From Podarcis pityusensis (lineage: Eukaryota): DNA of 64,000 nt. Positions within the stretch are counted from its first letter, which is position 1; every line of letters starts with the position of its first letter. The notes under the pieces were generated by a model. The model worked only from the letters and a program-made list of their open reading frames with translations, had not been told where the DNA came from and ran no database searches. Of the stretch, positions 10,601 to 25,400 are shown piece by piece. The stretch is from assembly GCA_964106645.2 (NCBI GenBank), contig OZ067046.1, one strand, 5' to 3'. The position numbers and the translations under genes were made by a program.

Positions 10601-13600
10601 AAGATCCTTTAAATGGAAAAATAAATAATTTAAGATTAAGACTGACTGCCAGGATTGTAAGAATAAATGAAGGGGGTGTTATACCAAAGAATACATTTGG
10701 TACTTAAATATTGTGTGAATTTATGAGATTTTTATATGTAAATACTTGAAACTATTCATATTTTTTATACATAAGAACAATAATGCAGGAATACTAAAAA
10801 TCAACTCCTTGCTTCTTTTTAAGTCTCACCAAGCAAACAGCAGTGCAGTACGATTTCGGGTGTGCCAAATTATTAATAAGCTTCTGGTAAGCCTGCCGGA
10901 GAATGCTCAGATTGAAGATGAGCTATTTGATCAAATTAGCAATGCCATGTTGCTCAGAGTGAAAGATAAAGTTCCAAATGTGAGAATTCAAGCTGTGCTG
11001 GCACTGTCTAGACTTCAAGATCCAAAGGACAGTGATTGTCCTGTGGTTAATGGTACGTTGTTACTGTATCAATGATATTTATTTTAATTTAAAGATGTAT
11101 TTTTATCTTTTCAGTTCTTAAAAACTGGCTATAATAGTTAAGACATTAACATTAGTATTGAATTCTGCCTGGGAGACTTGAATGTAATTATTCAAGCAAC
11201 TGTGAAGTAGTTGATACTTTATAATATTGGAAAATAGATATGTATGAATATAGGACATAGGGTACAAGAACAGTTTATGGTAATGGCCTAGTTGGGGAAA
11301 AGAAAAAGTTAGAAAACTGGCCTGGTTTGGAAGTACCGTACTTTTCCTGGCTTGTTATGGTATAGTCTTGCTTGCCTTCCCCCTTCATGAAACTGAAATC
11401 TACTGAATAAACATTTGTTTCGAAATCTAATTTTTAAAATCTGTTTTCCTTTATTTTTAAAAAAGTTTTGAACAATACATTTTTTGGGAAATAACCTGGT
11501 TTAAAATGATATCTGAATATAATGCAAACAATCTCTTAAAACTGAATTTATGACCCTCTTATAAAAGGTTGCTTTATTTGCAGTGATAACAATATGGGGG
11601 GGCGTTTCATCAGTCATCAAATAGTTCAGTTGTTTGTGTCAGTTTATTATGACTTGTTACTGGGTTCCAGGGACTGGAAAGTTAACACGGGTGTCATCCA
11701 CAAAATGGTGACCTTGTACTCTTGTGCTATGCCTAAATCATTTGATATCTGCGGTCAATTCTTGAGTCGATACTCTAATCAATGGTTTATATCCAATGCT
11801 GTGGCAATGGGGTTCTCCTGGTATAGCAGGATTTCTGTTTACTTCCCGTCCCTCTACATGCCCACAAATCCTCCAGAATGGATTTTGAAGAAGCATGGGG
11901 AACTGGAGGGGAAGAGGAAGAGGGCATCAAGCCAACAGCTCTTCCTACTGTGGTTAGGTCACAGGCTACTAGTTTCTGTATCATGTTTGCCTTGGTTTGT
12001 GTCAAGTTTGCTACACTAGTGTAACTTAATGTTTCCTGTAGCAAATATGTGAAGTGTGACTGACATGTGCTCTGCCTTTTAAGAATCAGGGGCATGTGCT
12101 AGGAAGCCCTTCGCTTGTTGTCAATTCCAGCCTATTTCCCTGAGTATTTACATCTGGTGTAGAAAAACATTGTCATATATTGGCCCATCAACTAAACGTC
12201 TGCCAAAAATGTAGAAGTTGTGCATCTAACATGAGCATCATAAAATCTTAATGCAAAGGGTGTTGGCCACTTGTTATTCATGTACATTTTCTTTATGTAC
12301 ATTTTCCGGTCATTAACATACTCTGTGTAATACTGTTTTTTGTTTAGTTTACAGTAATTTAATTGAGAACGACTCCAATCCGGAAGTCAGGCGCACTGTG
12401 CTGTCATGTATTGGTCCATCAGCTGAAACCCTGCCAAAAATTATAGGTCGTACTATGGATGTAAAAGAGACGGTTAGGAAATTGGCATACCAGGTAAGTC
12501 AATATCTTACTACAATTACTTACATTGCTTCTTAGTAATATATGATGTAAACATTTGGAGAAATCAACTTTATTCTCTCTGGGGAGCAAAATTATGTTTG
12601 GGGTACAGGTGTAAATTTATGTATAGGTGTATTTGCAGTGTTTTTTAAACTCGTTATAAATATTGCTGGTTCTGATCATTGTGCCAAGGAAGTCAGTTCA
12701 AACTGCATCATAGCAGTTTTTCCAATTAATCTACTGTATTCTGGCTGCCATGTGTTTTTCATCAAGATGGTCCAGAAGCAATGAATGTACATGGCAATTA
12801 ATAATGAGTATTATTATTATTATTATTGGAATGCTCTAAATCTGTCCTAGCCTGTTCAAAACATGAGCAGAATTGAACTGCAGAGGACAATTGGGATATG
12901 CCAGGCACAGTTTTTGGTCCATTTTAATACAGCTTTTTATTGAGAATTATATGGTTGAATTTTGTTTCAAGCTCTGGTTCAGTGTTTCAGTGTTTAGTGT
13001 AACTAATGTAAATGTTAGTAAAGTGCATTATATTAACTGTTAAATATTGTGGCTCAGCTCTTATAGCATTCAGCTTGCCATAAGAAGTAATGAGCTGCAC
13101 AGTTGCATCAAATATTGGGTGCAGCCAGTTCAGAGGTCTGGAGGAGCATGATGCAGATGTGCATTTGTATCCATATTAACCACTGAAGTATGCTTTTTAT
13201 ACATGGGTATTCACTGCTGGACTGGGATTTTTGTCGATAAAACATATCACCTGCTCTTGCGGCCATAACAGGTTCTATGTCAGTGCAGTGAATGTTTCTT
13301 TGAAAGTCTTAAGGGTTTAGTTCTGGGACAAAAGCATAGTGACTATTTGGAAGTTTTCATGGGTTTCCTTTTAGAAGGAAAACAATATATAAACAAAACA
13401 AATACAGTGGCCCTTAATTTTCAGCCTGCTTACTTGCGAATCAATCCATTACATTTTATGATGGAATTAAAATGCCAAATTATATCTCTCATTCCACTTG
13501 CCCTAGTTCATGTACTCTGAGCTTTTAAAGTGTGTTTTAGACACAGAATTTGAGATTAACTCACAAAACTCAAGTTTCCCTTCTTGCTGTTTTATTACTT

Positions 13601-16600
13601 ATTATGGCAAAATTCCCAGTATGTATCTGTTGTGATAGGCACATAAAGTTGCTTGCACCAATTTGTCAAAAATCATTATTAGTAAAGCCCTAAAATCTGT
13701 GTCCTCTTTAAAAGGTTTTGGCAGAAAAAGTTCATATGAAAGCTTTGACAATAGCCCAACGAGTAAAGCTTGTTCAGCAAGGGCTTAATGATAGATCAGG
13801 TAAGACATTTATTTATTTATTTTATAGTTGCCTATATTGTGCACTTGTTCAGTGTGCCAATTCCTTATTTTTTCATTGCTAGCGAAATGCCTGAGAGCCA
13901 TCTTGCTAACAATGGTAAACGAAGGCTGCAGTCCTAGGCATTCTTGGGAGTAAGTCCCATTGCAAACTAGTGGGACATACTTTTGAATAAACAAGTAAAG
14001 GCTTATATTGTAACAGTGGGCAATCTGGTTCTTCTGCTCCTCATGTGTGACAACATATGTAGTTCTCATGTTGGTGACAGGCTCCATCTCTTCTGCCAGG
14101 CTTTAACAGACATACCTCTGCTTCCCACATTAGCTGAAAAGCCCTCTAAAAAGGTGAAGGAGGAGTTAGGCAGTAACAATGGATAGCCTTATGCAAGTAT
14201 ATGCATGTTGCTCTGTTGGAGAAATCTGTCTGACAGCTAGGATCTACAAACAAGCTTCACAGTGACGTGAAGAGACAGTATAAATATAATAGAAGAATAT
14301 ACTAAAATACATTGCATCTGAAGTATTCTTTCTGGGAAGCCCTCATTGTTGTTTATAGTAGCACAGCTTTCATAAGGAAATCCTGATTTAGTGAGTCAAC
14401 ATAGACACACTAATGCAAAGTGCCTTCATTCCTCTCTTCCTGCAAGCAGGAAAAGTTGGCGTCTGAATCCTGGCTTGTTTGGAAGCCATTTACCATAACT
14501 CAGTTTGCATGTAACAGGAAGCTGTTGTTAACTGTAGCTTCCCAGCTTGAATCTTGACTCAAGTGAAGGGAGAAGCGAAACAGAAATGAAGGTGTGTACA
14601 AAATCTTGGCTTATCAAGTCAGGAGTTGATAATGTGAACACTGCCATATATAAGTAGCTTATATACTGTTGAATGTGATATGGCAGAGACAGTCAGCTTA
14701 ATCACTAAATGTGTGTGTGTGTGTGTGTGTGTCATAGTCATTATTCTGTAAAGGGTTTTTTACAAAATATTTATTCAGAGAAATTATATCTCAATTTAAA
14801 TTTCCCTGCTTAATAGAATCTGTAAAAGAAGTGGTGCAGAAGAAACTTCTTCAGACCTGGCTACGGCTGGTTGAGGGAAATGTGCTAGAACTCCTTCATC
14901 GGCTGGATGTGGAAAGTTGTCCCGAAGTTGGTATTCCAGCACTTAATGCCATGTTTTCGCTGTCACCAGTCAATGACTTGATTAAAAACTTCTCAGACCT
15001 TGATGAAAGGTATGTACGTATGTGTGTTGTTGTTTTTTTTAAAAAACTTTATACTTGAGAGTTGAACTTGGGAAAGTAAGTTAAAGGTTTCTGCCTCATT
15101 ACTTGCCTTAACTTTATTCCAAGGACTAGTGAAATAGCCATGTTGGTTTCTGAACATTTCTATGGCATATTACTTTCTGAAAATAGTAAACTGAACTCAT
15201 ATTTGCTAAAATCCCTATAAATAGCTAAATGTCAGTAAGTAGCAGCCAGAACTTCCCGTTTTAAGGCAAATCAAAAAAGCAGCTACTAAAAGGCATCCTA
15301 TTAACTAGTGAGGAATATTTTTTGGAAAAGCCATCAATGTATTGGTGGGCAAAGTAGCACCACTAAAGAGGATGTTTGTAGTGTACATGCTGAGTGTTTG
15401 CAGACAGTTTTCCTGCTCCCTCCAACAACCCCTAAAGGTTTAGTCAGAATTGGTTGTACGTATGAGAAGAGAAATGTCCATTAAAATAACAGATGAGAGG
15501 TGGTAGGGTATATGCACTCTACCCCCACCCCCCGGCAGTAATACTTCGGAAGATATTACCCCTCCCTCAACCTGGGCGCAGATGGCAGCCCATTTATTTT
15601 GTTCAGTAGAATGCAATGCAATTCCAAGAAACTGGGGTTAGTCTCTTAATAATGCTAAAGAGTGACACTAGGAACCAACTTTCATATACAGATATTGCAT
15701 TAATTTAGGATAAAGATAGTGCTCTGCTTACTAGTATTTGCCTAGCAACTAACTATGGAATAACATTTTGCATGGAACATAATTACATTTTGCTTCAGTG
15801 AGGCATTCCTGCTGGTTACCATGAGATAATGATCCTTAAGTCATTTTTTAAATCAGTGAAATTGTCTACAACATAATTCTTGTAACAGCTGCTCTGTCTT
15901 TTCAGCTTTTAATGTGTGTGGCTTAAAATGTGAAGGCCAGCTTGTATATTTGTCAAATACTGTGATTGCCTTCTTAATTGACAAAGCAACCCCCCCCCCC
16001 GTTGAAAATGTAACGTGTATATATTTGTTTTCAAGGAAAGTAATTCCAATAGAAAAACTAACCGCTGAGAATGCTTTGTATTGGAAGACCCTTTGTGAGT
16101 ACTTGAAATCTGAAGGGGAAGAATTCTTAGAGAACATTCTGCCAGAACCTGCCATATATGCAGATTATTTGCAAAGGTAAAGTAAACAAGAAAGTTAAAG
16201 CATTAGTCAGTGCTTTTTTCCAGAAAAAGAGGTGCCTGTACTCACCATGAAGTTGTTACAGTAAGTGGTACACATTTTAACAACAAAAAGAGGTGCCGGT
16301 AGTTGCGTACCCTTGAGTGTCCCCTGAAAAAAAATCACTGGCATTAGTTTAATTTATACTGCTTTTGGTCCTCACAGTTATTTTTCTTTCATCTCCAGTT
16401 ACTGGATTTGGACTTACTTCTATGTTGTTCACAAAACAGCAATTAAACTGGTTTGCTGGAACATAAAGATTACTGTTACTAATTTATGTTCCCGACTCCT
16501 TGTAAAGTGTGCAGAAGTAGCTATGTAGGCTAAAATAGGTCTGTGTGAAAAAGAATCTTTTAGCACTGGAAAGTAGGACATGCTCTTGGGAGGCTCAGCT

Positions 16601-18355
16601 AGACACCTTCTAACCGCCAGTTTTTCTTCATGTAAGGCCCAGCAAAGGAATAAAATAAAAGCAGCGATAAATGCATAGTATTGTGAAGCTTGACGAGGCA
16701 GCATTGTTGTCTGTGGGTAGACTCAGTCAAATTATATTTGTAAGCCCTTTAACTGGTACAGTAACCTGAAATTCAAATAAATATCAAGATGTTGCTTGCA
16801 TCATACCGAATAATCATTTTTAAAAATTAAGTTACCTTCAGAATATGCCAGTTCTCAGTCAAGAAGAGAAAGAAGATATGGCTTGTGTTGAGCAACTGAT
16901 GACGAAAGAGTTTATAGGTCAGCAGCTGATCCTTATGATAGGCTGCATGGATACCGCCGAAGAAGGAGGAAGGTAAGACTTAGTTTAGCAACAAAGAGAT
17001 TTTTGATGTATATGTTATTCTGTTGACTTCGAATTGACTCGGAAATGTTTCAGTAGCTCAGTCCATTTTATTCAGCATTCTAGTCACTTGGTTTCATGTC
17101 AAAGTTCCAACATTAGTATTCATCAGTACAGCACCAAATGACTTGGTTTAATGGTCAAATTCACTTAAATAGCTTGTTTTGAACATTTTTCTTTCTCTTT
17201 CCATCCTCCAGCACACTGAAACCAGAATATGTTTCTTGTCCTGTGACTGCAATGAAACTGTAGTGCTTTATACAGGCCTGGATAGGATGGCACTTACTAC
17301 TTTGCTGTCCAACCAGGTTTCCCCCATAGATCCTGTCAGGTTCCTCTGTAGTTCCAGGATGAAGAATTTGCTATGTTCCAAGACAATAATGCCTACTCAC
17401 AACACAAAGAGCTCATAACCCACCTACTCTCAGCAGCCAGAAACACCATAGCCAGACAGTGGAGAGACCTGCTAGGAGTAAACATAGACCAATGGTATCA
17501 AATAGTACGGGAAACTGCCTTACAGTGGTACCTCGGGATGCGAACAGGATCCGTTCCGGAGCCCCGTTCGCATCCAGAAGCAAACGTAACTAGCGACGTC
17601 ACGTCTGTGCACACGCGTGTCGCTTTTCGCCGCTTCTGCGCATGCGCGTGACGTCATTTTGAGTGTCTGCGCATGCATGAGTGGCGAAACCTGGAAGTAA
17701 CGTGCTCTGTTACTTCCGGGTTGCCACGGAGCACACCTCAAACGCACTCAACATGAAGCATATTCAACCCGAGATATGACTGTATTAGAAAAACTAACCA
17801 ACAAACTGAAACTAACACGGGGACAGATAGAAGAAGACGCCTTCACCCCAGTTCGGTTCCCCTTTATCACATACACAGCCCAACAAGACAACAAGAAGAA
17901 CCCACCAACAGCATTCAAATCAATATGGCTAACCTGATCCAACCACACACACGCACCACACTCACACATGAAAACAAAGTTCACCACAGCCAATCAAACA
18001 ACCAACCAAACCCTAGGCCGGGGTTGACAATTTTTTTTCCAGCAAGGGGCCAGTCCACTGTTCCTCAGATCTTGTGGGGGGCCAGACTATATTTTTTTTT
18101 GGGGGGGGGGAATGAATGAGGGACGATGAACAGTGTGTGAAAGGGCTCCGGAGAGGGCCTGCTTTAAATGGTGGCCGCTAGAGATGGGCACTGAGCCAAT
18201 CGCGGGTCCTGTGTCTTGCGAGCGGCAGGGGCTGGTGGTGGCGGGGGGACGATGAGTGGCATGCGAAAGGGCTCCGGAGAGGGGCTAGCAGCAACAAAGC
18301 CCAGCCCCCTTACTCCTCTAGGCAGGGCAGGGAGAAGCCAGGAGGAGGCACCACC

Positions 18356-18394
<39 letters not shown>

Positions 18395-19385
18395 AAGAGG
18401 GGTGGAAATGGTGCAGCCTGAACAATCGGAATCAGATCTACGCGGCGATTCCCGGACCGTCCGCGGGCTGGATCCAGAAGGCAATTGGGCCGGATCCAGC
18501 CCCCAGGCCTAAGTTTGCCAACCCATGCCCTAGGCCAACCCCAACCTCTCTCACCACCAAAGGAATACAAGCAAATAGTAAAGAGAACCCACACAAGTGA
18601 CGCTGACACAAAACCCCACATATACAATAAGTAGAATTAAAACATTGCCACCTCACTCCACCCCACTCACCATTTCCCCCTCCCCCTCTTTTTTCCTTTT
18701 CTTCCTAATGTAACACTAACATCTCAACAGATGAAACTGATCTGTAGAAAGTGTACCTTGAAAAAAGAGACTTTTTTCAAGGGACATTGCACATACTTTT
18801 GTAAACCAAGAAATCTTTAATAAAAATATATTTTAAAAAAATTCTTTTTGCTATGTTGGTTGGTGTTCTAGATTTCCATCTCTGCCATACTTGACTCTGG
18901 TCATGTTTGAATGTTTTGTTTCCCATCAGAAATGTTAGTAAAAGTTGTGCTTTGCTTTCCATTGTGGAAGAGATTTTGAAGAGATTCCAGTTGTAATAAT
19001 CAGGTTCTGCAAGTGTGATGGCTGGGAAGGGAGGCACTTAAACATTTACATGTATTGGAAACACCAACATAGCTTATTCAAAGAAACTGCCTCACTTCTG
19101 AAGTAGCAGTTAGTTGCCAGTTCTTGGATTTTAAACGAGAATAGATATTACTCATTGTTTAGGGATCATTTTATTATTATTTCATCAGTGTTATTATTAT
19201 TCTTAAGGAAGAGACTGCTGACAGTGTTACAAAAAATCCTTATGATGCCCACTACTTCAGCATCCCTTGTATCATCACTTACAGAGAATCTACTCCGCAT
19301 TCTCAAAGATGACGACAGAAGAATCCAGACTGTAAGTTCTAATTGCTCTTGTCAGTTTATATTACAGGAAAAAAGCCATTAAAAA

Positions 19386-19454
<69 letters not shown>

Positions 19455-22400
19455 ATCACTCCCTGCTACGTCCCAAAAACTTTGAAAAAATCAGAGATTT
19501 CAGGGAACACTGAAAAAGCCTCATGAAAATTTTCTCGTCTAGAATGAGTGTAATGCCTTCAAATATATTTTTATCTCAGACATTCTGCAATATTAGAGAA
19601 TAATTCTGACGCATGCAACACTCAGATCCATTTTTTCATCCAATCGCTTCCTATGAGATATCTCAAAGCGATTTAACAAAAGCATCTATAAAACAATTTT
19701 GCAATGAAAACTATTTCAAATCCAGTACAGGTATAGACTGGAAAAATACATTCTAAAGGCTTTTTATGACCTTTGTTTTAGTTTGGAGATACTAGAAGTA
19801 TCGTGTTTGTGCTTTCTTTCTACTTTCCTCTTGGTCAGCCTTTTCACAGACTGGGAAACAAATAGCATCTTGCCCTGCCTTGCTGTAGGATAAAAAGGTT
19901 AAAAGGAGTTGGGACAGAAACTTCAAAAGACCTTTTGTGGCTGCCAAAACTTCAGAGGAAAAATCTGAAAGGTTTTGTGAGAACTGAGTTTTAAGCAAGA
20001 TGCACAGATGGAAGTCGGCTGCAACTCGTATTCACAATTTTGCTTGTACAAATTGTACAGATTTAATAAACATGCTAAGTAGGCTATAAAATTGTACTAA
20101 GTTAGGGGTTACCGAACTTTTTGGACCAATTGCCACATTTGTAAATAGAAACTTGTAGATACACCTTCCCCTGCCACTGCAGTCAAGTATATACCACAAT
20201 ATTACGGTGCTTTTTTCAAATCTATTTCCAATGGGATTTGGTGCAGAGTAGAGAATCCTGTAGGTGTCAGGGATGGCCTTTCGGTGACCGATGAACTAAG
20301 ATAAATAAATTTTGCACTTTATGTTAAAGCAGAAAGATAAATTCTGGTTTGATAAAATTTTGGTTTGATAAGTATTTCACACATATATATTTCTTTTAAA
20401 AAAAATCCCCAGAGCTTCATAAATTTGGACATTTCCAACACACCAGATGAAGTGCTTTTGCACTCAGCACCTCCTTGCCTCCCACATTCCATGCCGGAGT
20501 GAGAGCCAGGTACCATGACGAACTGCAAGTGAAGCCCATTTCCCACCCCCACCCCCCATCCCTAGGGGGAATTTGCTGACAATCCCCAGCCAGTGTGGTG
20601 TAGTGGTTAAGAGTGGTTGACTCGTAATCTGGTGAACCAGGTTTGATTCCCCGCTCTTCCACATGCAGCTGCTGGGTGACCTTGGGCTAGTCACACTTCT
20701 CTGACGTTTCTCAGCCTCACTCGCCTCACAGAGTGTTTGTTGTGGGGGAGGAGGGGAAAGGAGATTGTTAGCCGCTTTGAGACTCCATAGGGTAGTGATA
20801 AAGCGGGATATGAAATCCAAACTCCTCCTCCTGCTGTCATGGGGGCTGCCTCTATTAAGGCAGGTGGGACCGGAAGCCCTCATTAAGTATTTTTTTCCAC
20901 ACATTACAAAGAAACCTAATATAATTGCACTTGATAGCTCAGTATAGGAGCAGATAATTTTTTGTTTGTTTGTTTGTTTCAAATGCAGTACTGTATCCTT
21001 GCTTGCAGGAAGATGGTGCTTTTATTTATTAAAGCAATTTGATCAGGCACTTGGCCTTTATGCAGAAAGTAATACAGCGGTTCATCCTAATCATGATATC
21101 AAAAAGGCTTCTATATCCTTAGTGTTTATCTAGTGGCATGTGAACTTTTTGGGGGGTGGTGATGTTAAGGATATATTTAAGATGAAAAACGGGCTTTAGG
21201 GGAAAATAAATGGTCCCTAAAATCTGACATGTTTTTCTTTACTTGGTTATGTGGTGGCATTACCATTGCTAGAAAGAAGACAGGTTTGGGAGTGAAGTTA
21301 TGCTAAGCAGCAGCATTTAGGAATGTTAAGAATCCTCCATCTGAAGCTTTACTTCACTGTTAAGTTTGGAGGGTTAGGGGCTTAATGAATGGATGGTCTA
21401 GCAGTGTAAACTATTTTGCATCCTTCCAAAAGTAACTGAAAAGGCGGGATGAATTTTTTTTTGGGGGGGATAGAAAATACTTGCAAACTTCTTCAAAATT
21501 TGAGCTGAGTACTAACTTTCTTTGCATCACCAGGTCGCTGAAATCATAACGGAGGTTCGTGATGAAATTATTACAGTAGACAAGCCCCCAGATGCAACTG
21601 AAATAAGAAAGCAACAGCTTAAAGTAAGTGGTGATTGCAGTACATTTTTGTTTTAAAGATTTGTCGTTTAATGTAACTGTAGCACCGCTTGAATATTTTA
21701 ACAGCCCTCCCCAGCTTTACCATCGTCTACTAATACAAACAGAATTACTAGGAAAGGAGAGGAGTCAAGCCGTCAACAGCTTTGAGCTATTGCAAGACAG
21801 TTGCAAGTTGTTGCAAGACAGTCCAAATTGCAGTAGAGCTACTAATGCAGTATTGTCGGTGTTGTGTGACATAGAATCATATAATTGCAGAGTTGGAAGA
21901 GACCATGAGGGTCACCTAATCCTGTCCCTGCAATGCAGGAATCTTTTGTCCAATGTGGGGCTCGAATTAATAACCCTGAGGTTAAGTGTCATGTTCCTGT
22001 AGAGAGGAGAACATCATTCATAGACAGAAAGTAAGGCTTATGCATTTATCAGCCAGGAAAGTCACAAATGATGCACTGTTAACATCCAGGCAAGAACTCT
22101 CCCACAGTTATAGCATAACTCATTAAGTTCTAATATCTTTAATCATAAAGACTCACGACTGGAATGTAGGAATTGAGGGGTATAATCTGTTCCAGAGGAA
22201 GGGAGCAGCATTATATGTAAAGGATGTATACACTTGTGAAGAAATCTATGACCTGGAGCATGAAAAGCAAATTGAGAGTATATGGGTAAAAATTGTAAGA
22301 GAAACAACAGTGACCTTACTGTGGGTGTCTTCTATAGACCACCAAGCCAGATTGAAGACTTGGATGGTGCTTTACTAGAGCAGATTACCAAACATTCAAA

Positions 22401-25400
22401 GAGAAGAAATATAGTAATCATGGGGGATTCCCCGATATCTGTTGGGACTAAAACTCTGCTAAGAATGTAAGGTCTGACAAATTCCTCCAATATCCTGCCA
22501 ACAATTTCATTTCCCAGATGGTGGAAAAACCAACAAGGGATCATCTATATTGGACCTGGTCCTCACCAATAGGGAGGGACTGATCGACGAAGTGGAAGTA
22601 CTTGGAAACTTGGGAGGGAAGTGATCAATGTTCTTCTGGGTTTCAGGATACAGAGGCAAGGGAAAACTGAGCATAGTCAGACACACACTCTGGACTTTAA
22701 GAAGGCCAGTTTCAACGAGAAAAATGAATGCCCTTCTAAAGATGTTTTTATTCCAGACAGCACCAATAGCCAACGAAGCACAATGCTTTAAAAGGAATGG
22801 CAAAAAGATATAACTAGGTTCATATGGCAGGCTAAAAATTCCAGAATAAAATATAAGATTATGATTTATACTAAAGAAAGAGGTGGTTTCAGACTTAAAA
22901 TTATACTTTGAGGCTTGTGTTGACTAAAGGAATGGATATTACTAAAGAATACTCAACTACAGTGGTACCTCAAGTTACAAACCCCTCAGGTTACAAACAC
23001 TTCAGGTTACAAACTCCGCTAACCTGAAAGAGTTACCTCGAGTTGAGAACTTTGCCCCAGGGTGAGAACGGAAATCATGTGCCGGTGGCGCAGCGGCAGC
23101 AAGAGGCCCCATTAGTGAAAGCATGCCCATAGCTAAGAACAGTTTCAGGTTAAGAACGGACCTCCAGAACGAATTAAGTTCGTAACGAGAGGTACTACCG
23201 TATTAGATCTGGAAGGGCACGGCATCAAATTCGTTTGGAATGTGTGCCTGTGGTATGATAAAGTTAAAATACACAAGGGTTTCTCGAACCACGTGATCAG
23301 AAAAGAATTATACAGGGGGAAACACATCAAAAATTGTTAGAAAGAAAAGCACTGTTGTGGCTGTCACCGGTAGAAGAGTTAACAAGGAGCACTTGCAGAG
23401 GGATATTAGACATCTTGGGGGTGGGGTGGGGGGAAACGTAAGAAAAGAATGGAAGAGAAAAAAACTTGGTGATGGACTGGTTACAATACCATCAGCTAAA
23501 TGCGTTATTTAAGATGGACAAAAAAATAAGGACTTGAGGGTCAAAGTTCCCAGTTTGAAAGAGAGCTTTTAGGGGCAAGAGAAGAAACACTATGTAAGAT
23601 GTATAATGTGTTGCTAGACTGGGAAACGAAGGAAATCATCTATGATTAACTGGGCTAGAGATATAGGGCACAATATTGACAGTATTAGGGGAAAAACTTC
23701 GGAAAACAGATTTGAAATTCATTGCATGCTACACATGGAAGGAAAATTACATGAAGATGATTCCCAGATGGTAACACCAAGCAGATTAAAGTTGTTCAAA
23801 TCAGAATTAGGGAGATGCTGGAAGTGTAAGGAGACAGAAGGAGCATTCTACCATACGTGGTGGACATGTGGTGTAGTTAAGGAATATTGGGTAACTTTTT
23901 CTACGAAACCCAGAAGCTTTTATTCTGGGGATTAATTACAACCGAAATCCCTAAAAGTCAGAATGAGCTCAGGCTTACAAGACAGGTTAAAAATATTTAA
24001 AACAACGTTTCTTTGGCTATGTCTGAAGTAAGAGGAAGAACAAGCAAGTGGTAGGTCCTCTGTGTGGGGAAGATGGAGAAATGCTATTGGGTGAAAAAGA
24101 AAAGGCGGAACTGTTCTTAACTACTTTGCCTCCGTCTTCACCCAAAAGGAAAGTGATGCCCAACCTGGTGATAACAAAATAAATGATGTAAGGAGGGAGC
24201 TGCAGCCAAAGATAGGGAAAGAGGTACTAGGGGAACACTTAGCTGCTTTAAATGAATTCAAATCTCCAGGGCCTGATGAGCTGCATCCAAGGGTACTAAA
24301 GAAGCTTGCGGATGTAATTTCAGAGCCATTGTCTATTATCTTTGAGAATTCTTGGAGAACAGTTGAGGTCCCTACAGACTGAAGGCAGGCAAATATTGTT
24401 CCCATCTTCAAAAAGGGGGAAGTGGAAGATTCAGGTAACTACTGACCGGTGAGCTTGACATCAATACCAGGGAAGGTCCTAGAACAGATAATTTAACACT
24501 TGGTCTATGAGCATTTAGAAAAGGATGCTGCGATTACCAAGCTCATGGGTTTCTCAAAAATAAGTCATGCCAGATCAATCTGATTTCTTTTTTTGTTGGA
24601 ATTACAAACTTGGTGGATCAGGGAAATGTTGTGAACACAGTGTATCTTGATTTCAGTAAGGCTTTTGGCAAAATCCCCTGTCAGGGAACTGACATCGGAG
24701 TGGGAGGCGAAGGGGAGGCTCCTAGATGATGCTGGAGAAGGACCCAGCAGCAGGGGGAGAAGCAGCTCAGTGGAGGGGGAAGCATTTAAGCGCAACACCA
24801 GGAACAAAAGTGGGCAGATGGGGAAATCGGAGAGAGGGCTCCCGGACTCTTCACTGGAACTCAGTGAGGAGGGGACAGGTCCTCCGCTACCTACGCCCTC
24901 CCTGCGCAGAAGGCTCCCACGCAGTGAGAGGAGGAGGAGACTGGGTGTCAAACAACTCTTATGTTGGAAGAGATTCAAGAAACGCCCACTGACGGATTCT
25001 GCCAGTGACTGAGGCAGTCATGATTAGAAAGGGCTGTGCAGTCAGAAAGGTTTAACAAGGCAAATTAGCCTAGAGAGGCACCAGTTTACGCACGAGTAAC
25101 TCATACTCATCACATCCCCCATGATATTCTTGGAAGGAAGCTGGTAAAATGTGGGTTGAACGAGATAACTGTTAGGTGGATTTGTAGCTGGTTGACTGAC
25201 AGAACCTGAAGAGTACTCAATAATGGCTTCTCATCCTGGAAAAAGTGACAAGTGGGATGCCGCAGGATTCTGTCCTGGGGCTGTTGTTGTTTAATGTCTT
25301 TATAAACAACTATCAGACTTTTAGAAGACATCTGAAGGCAGCCCTGTTTAGGGAAGTTTTTAATGTTTGATGTTTTATCATATACTGTATTTAATATTCT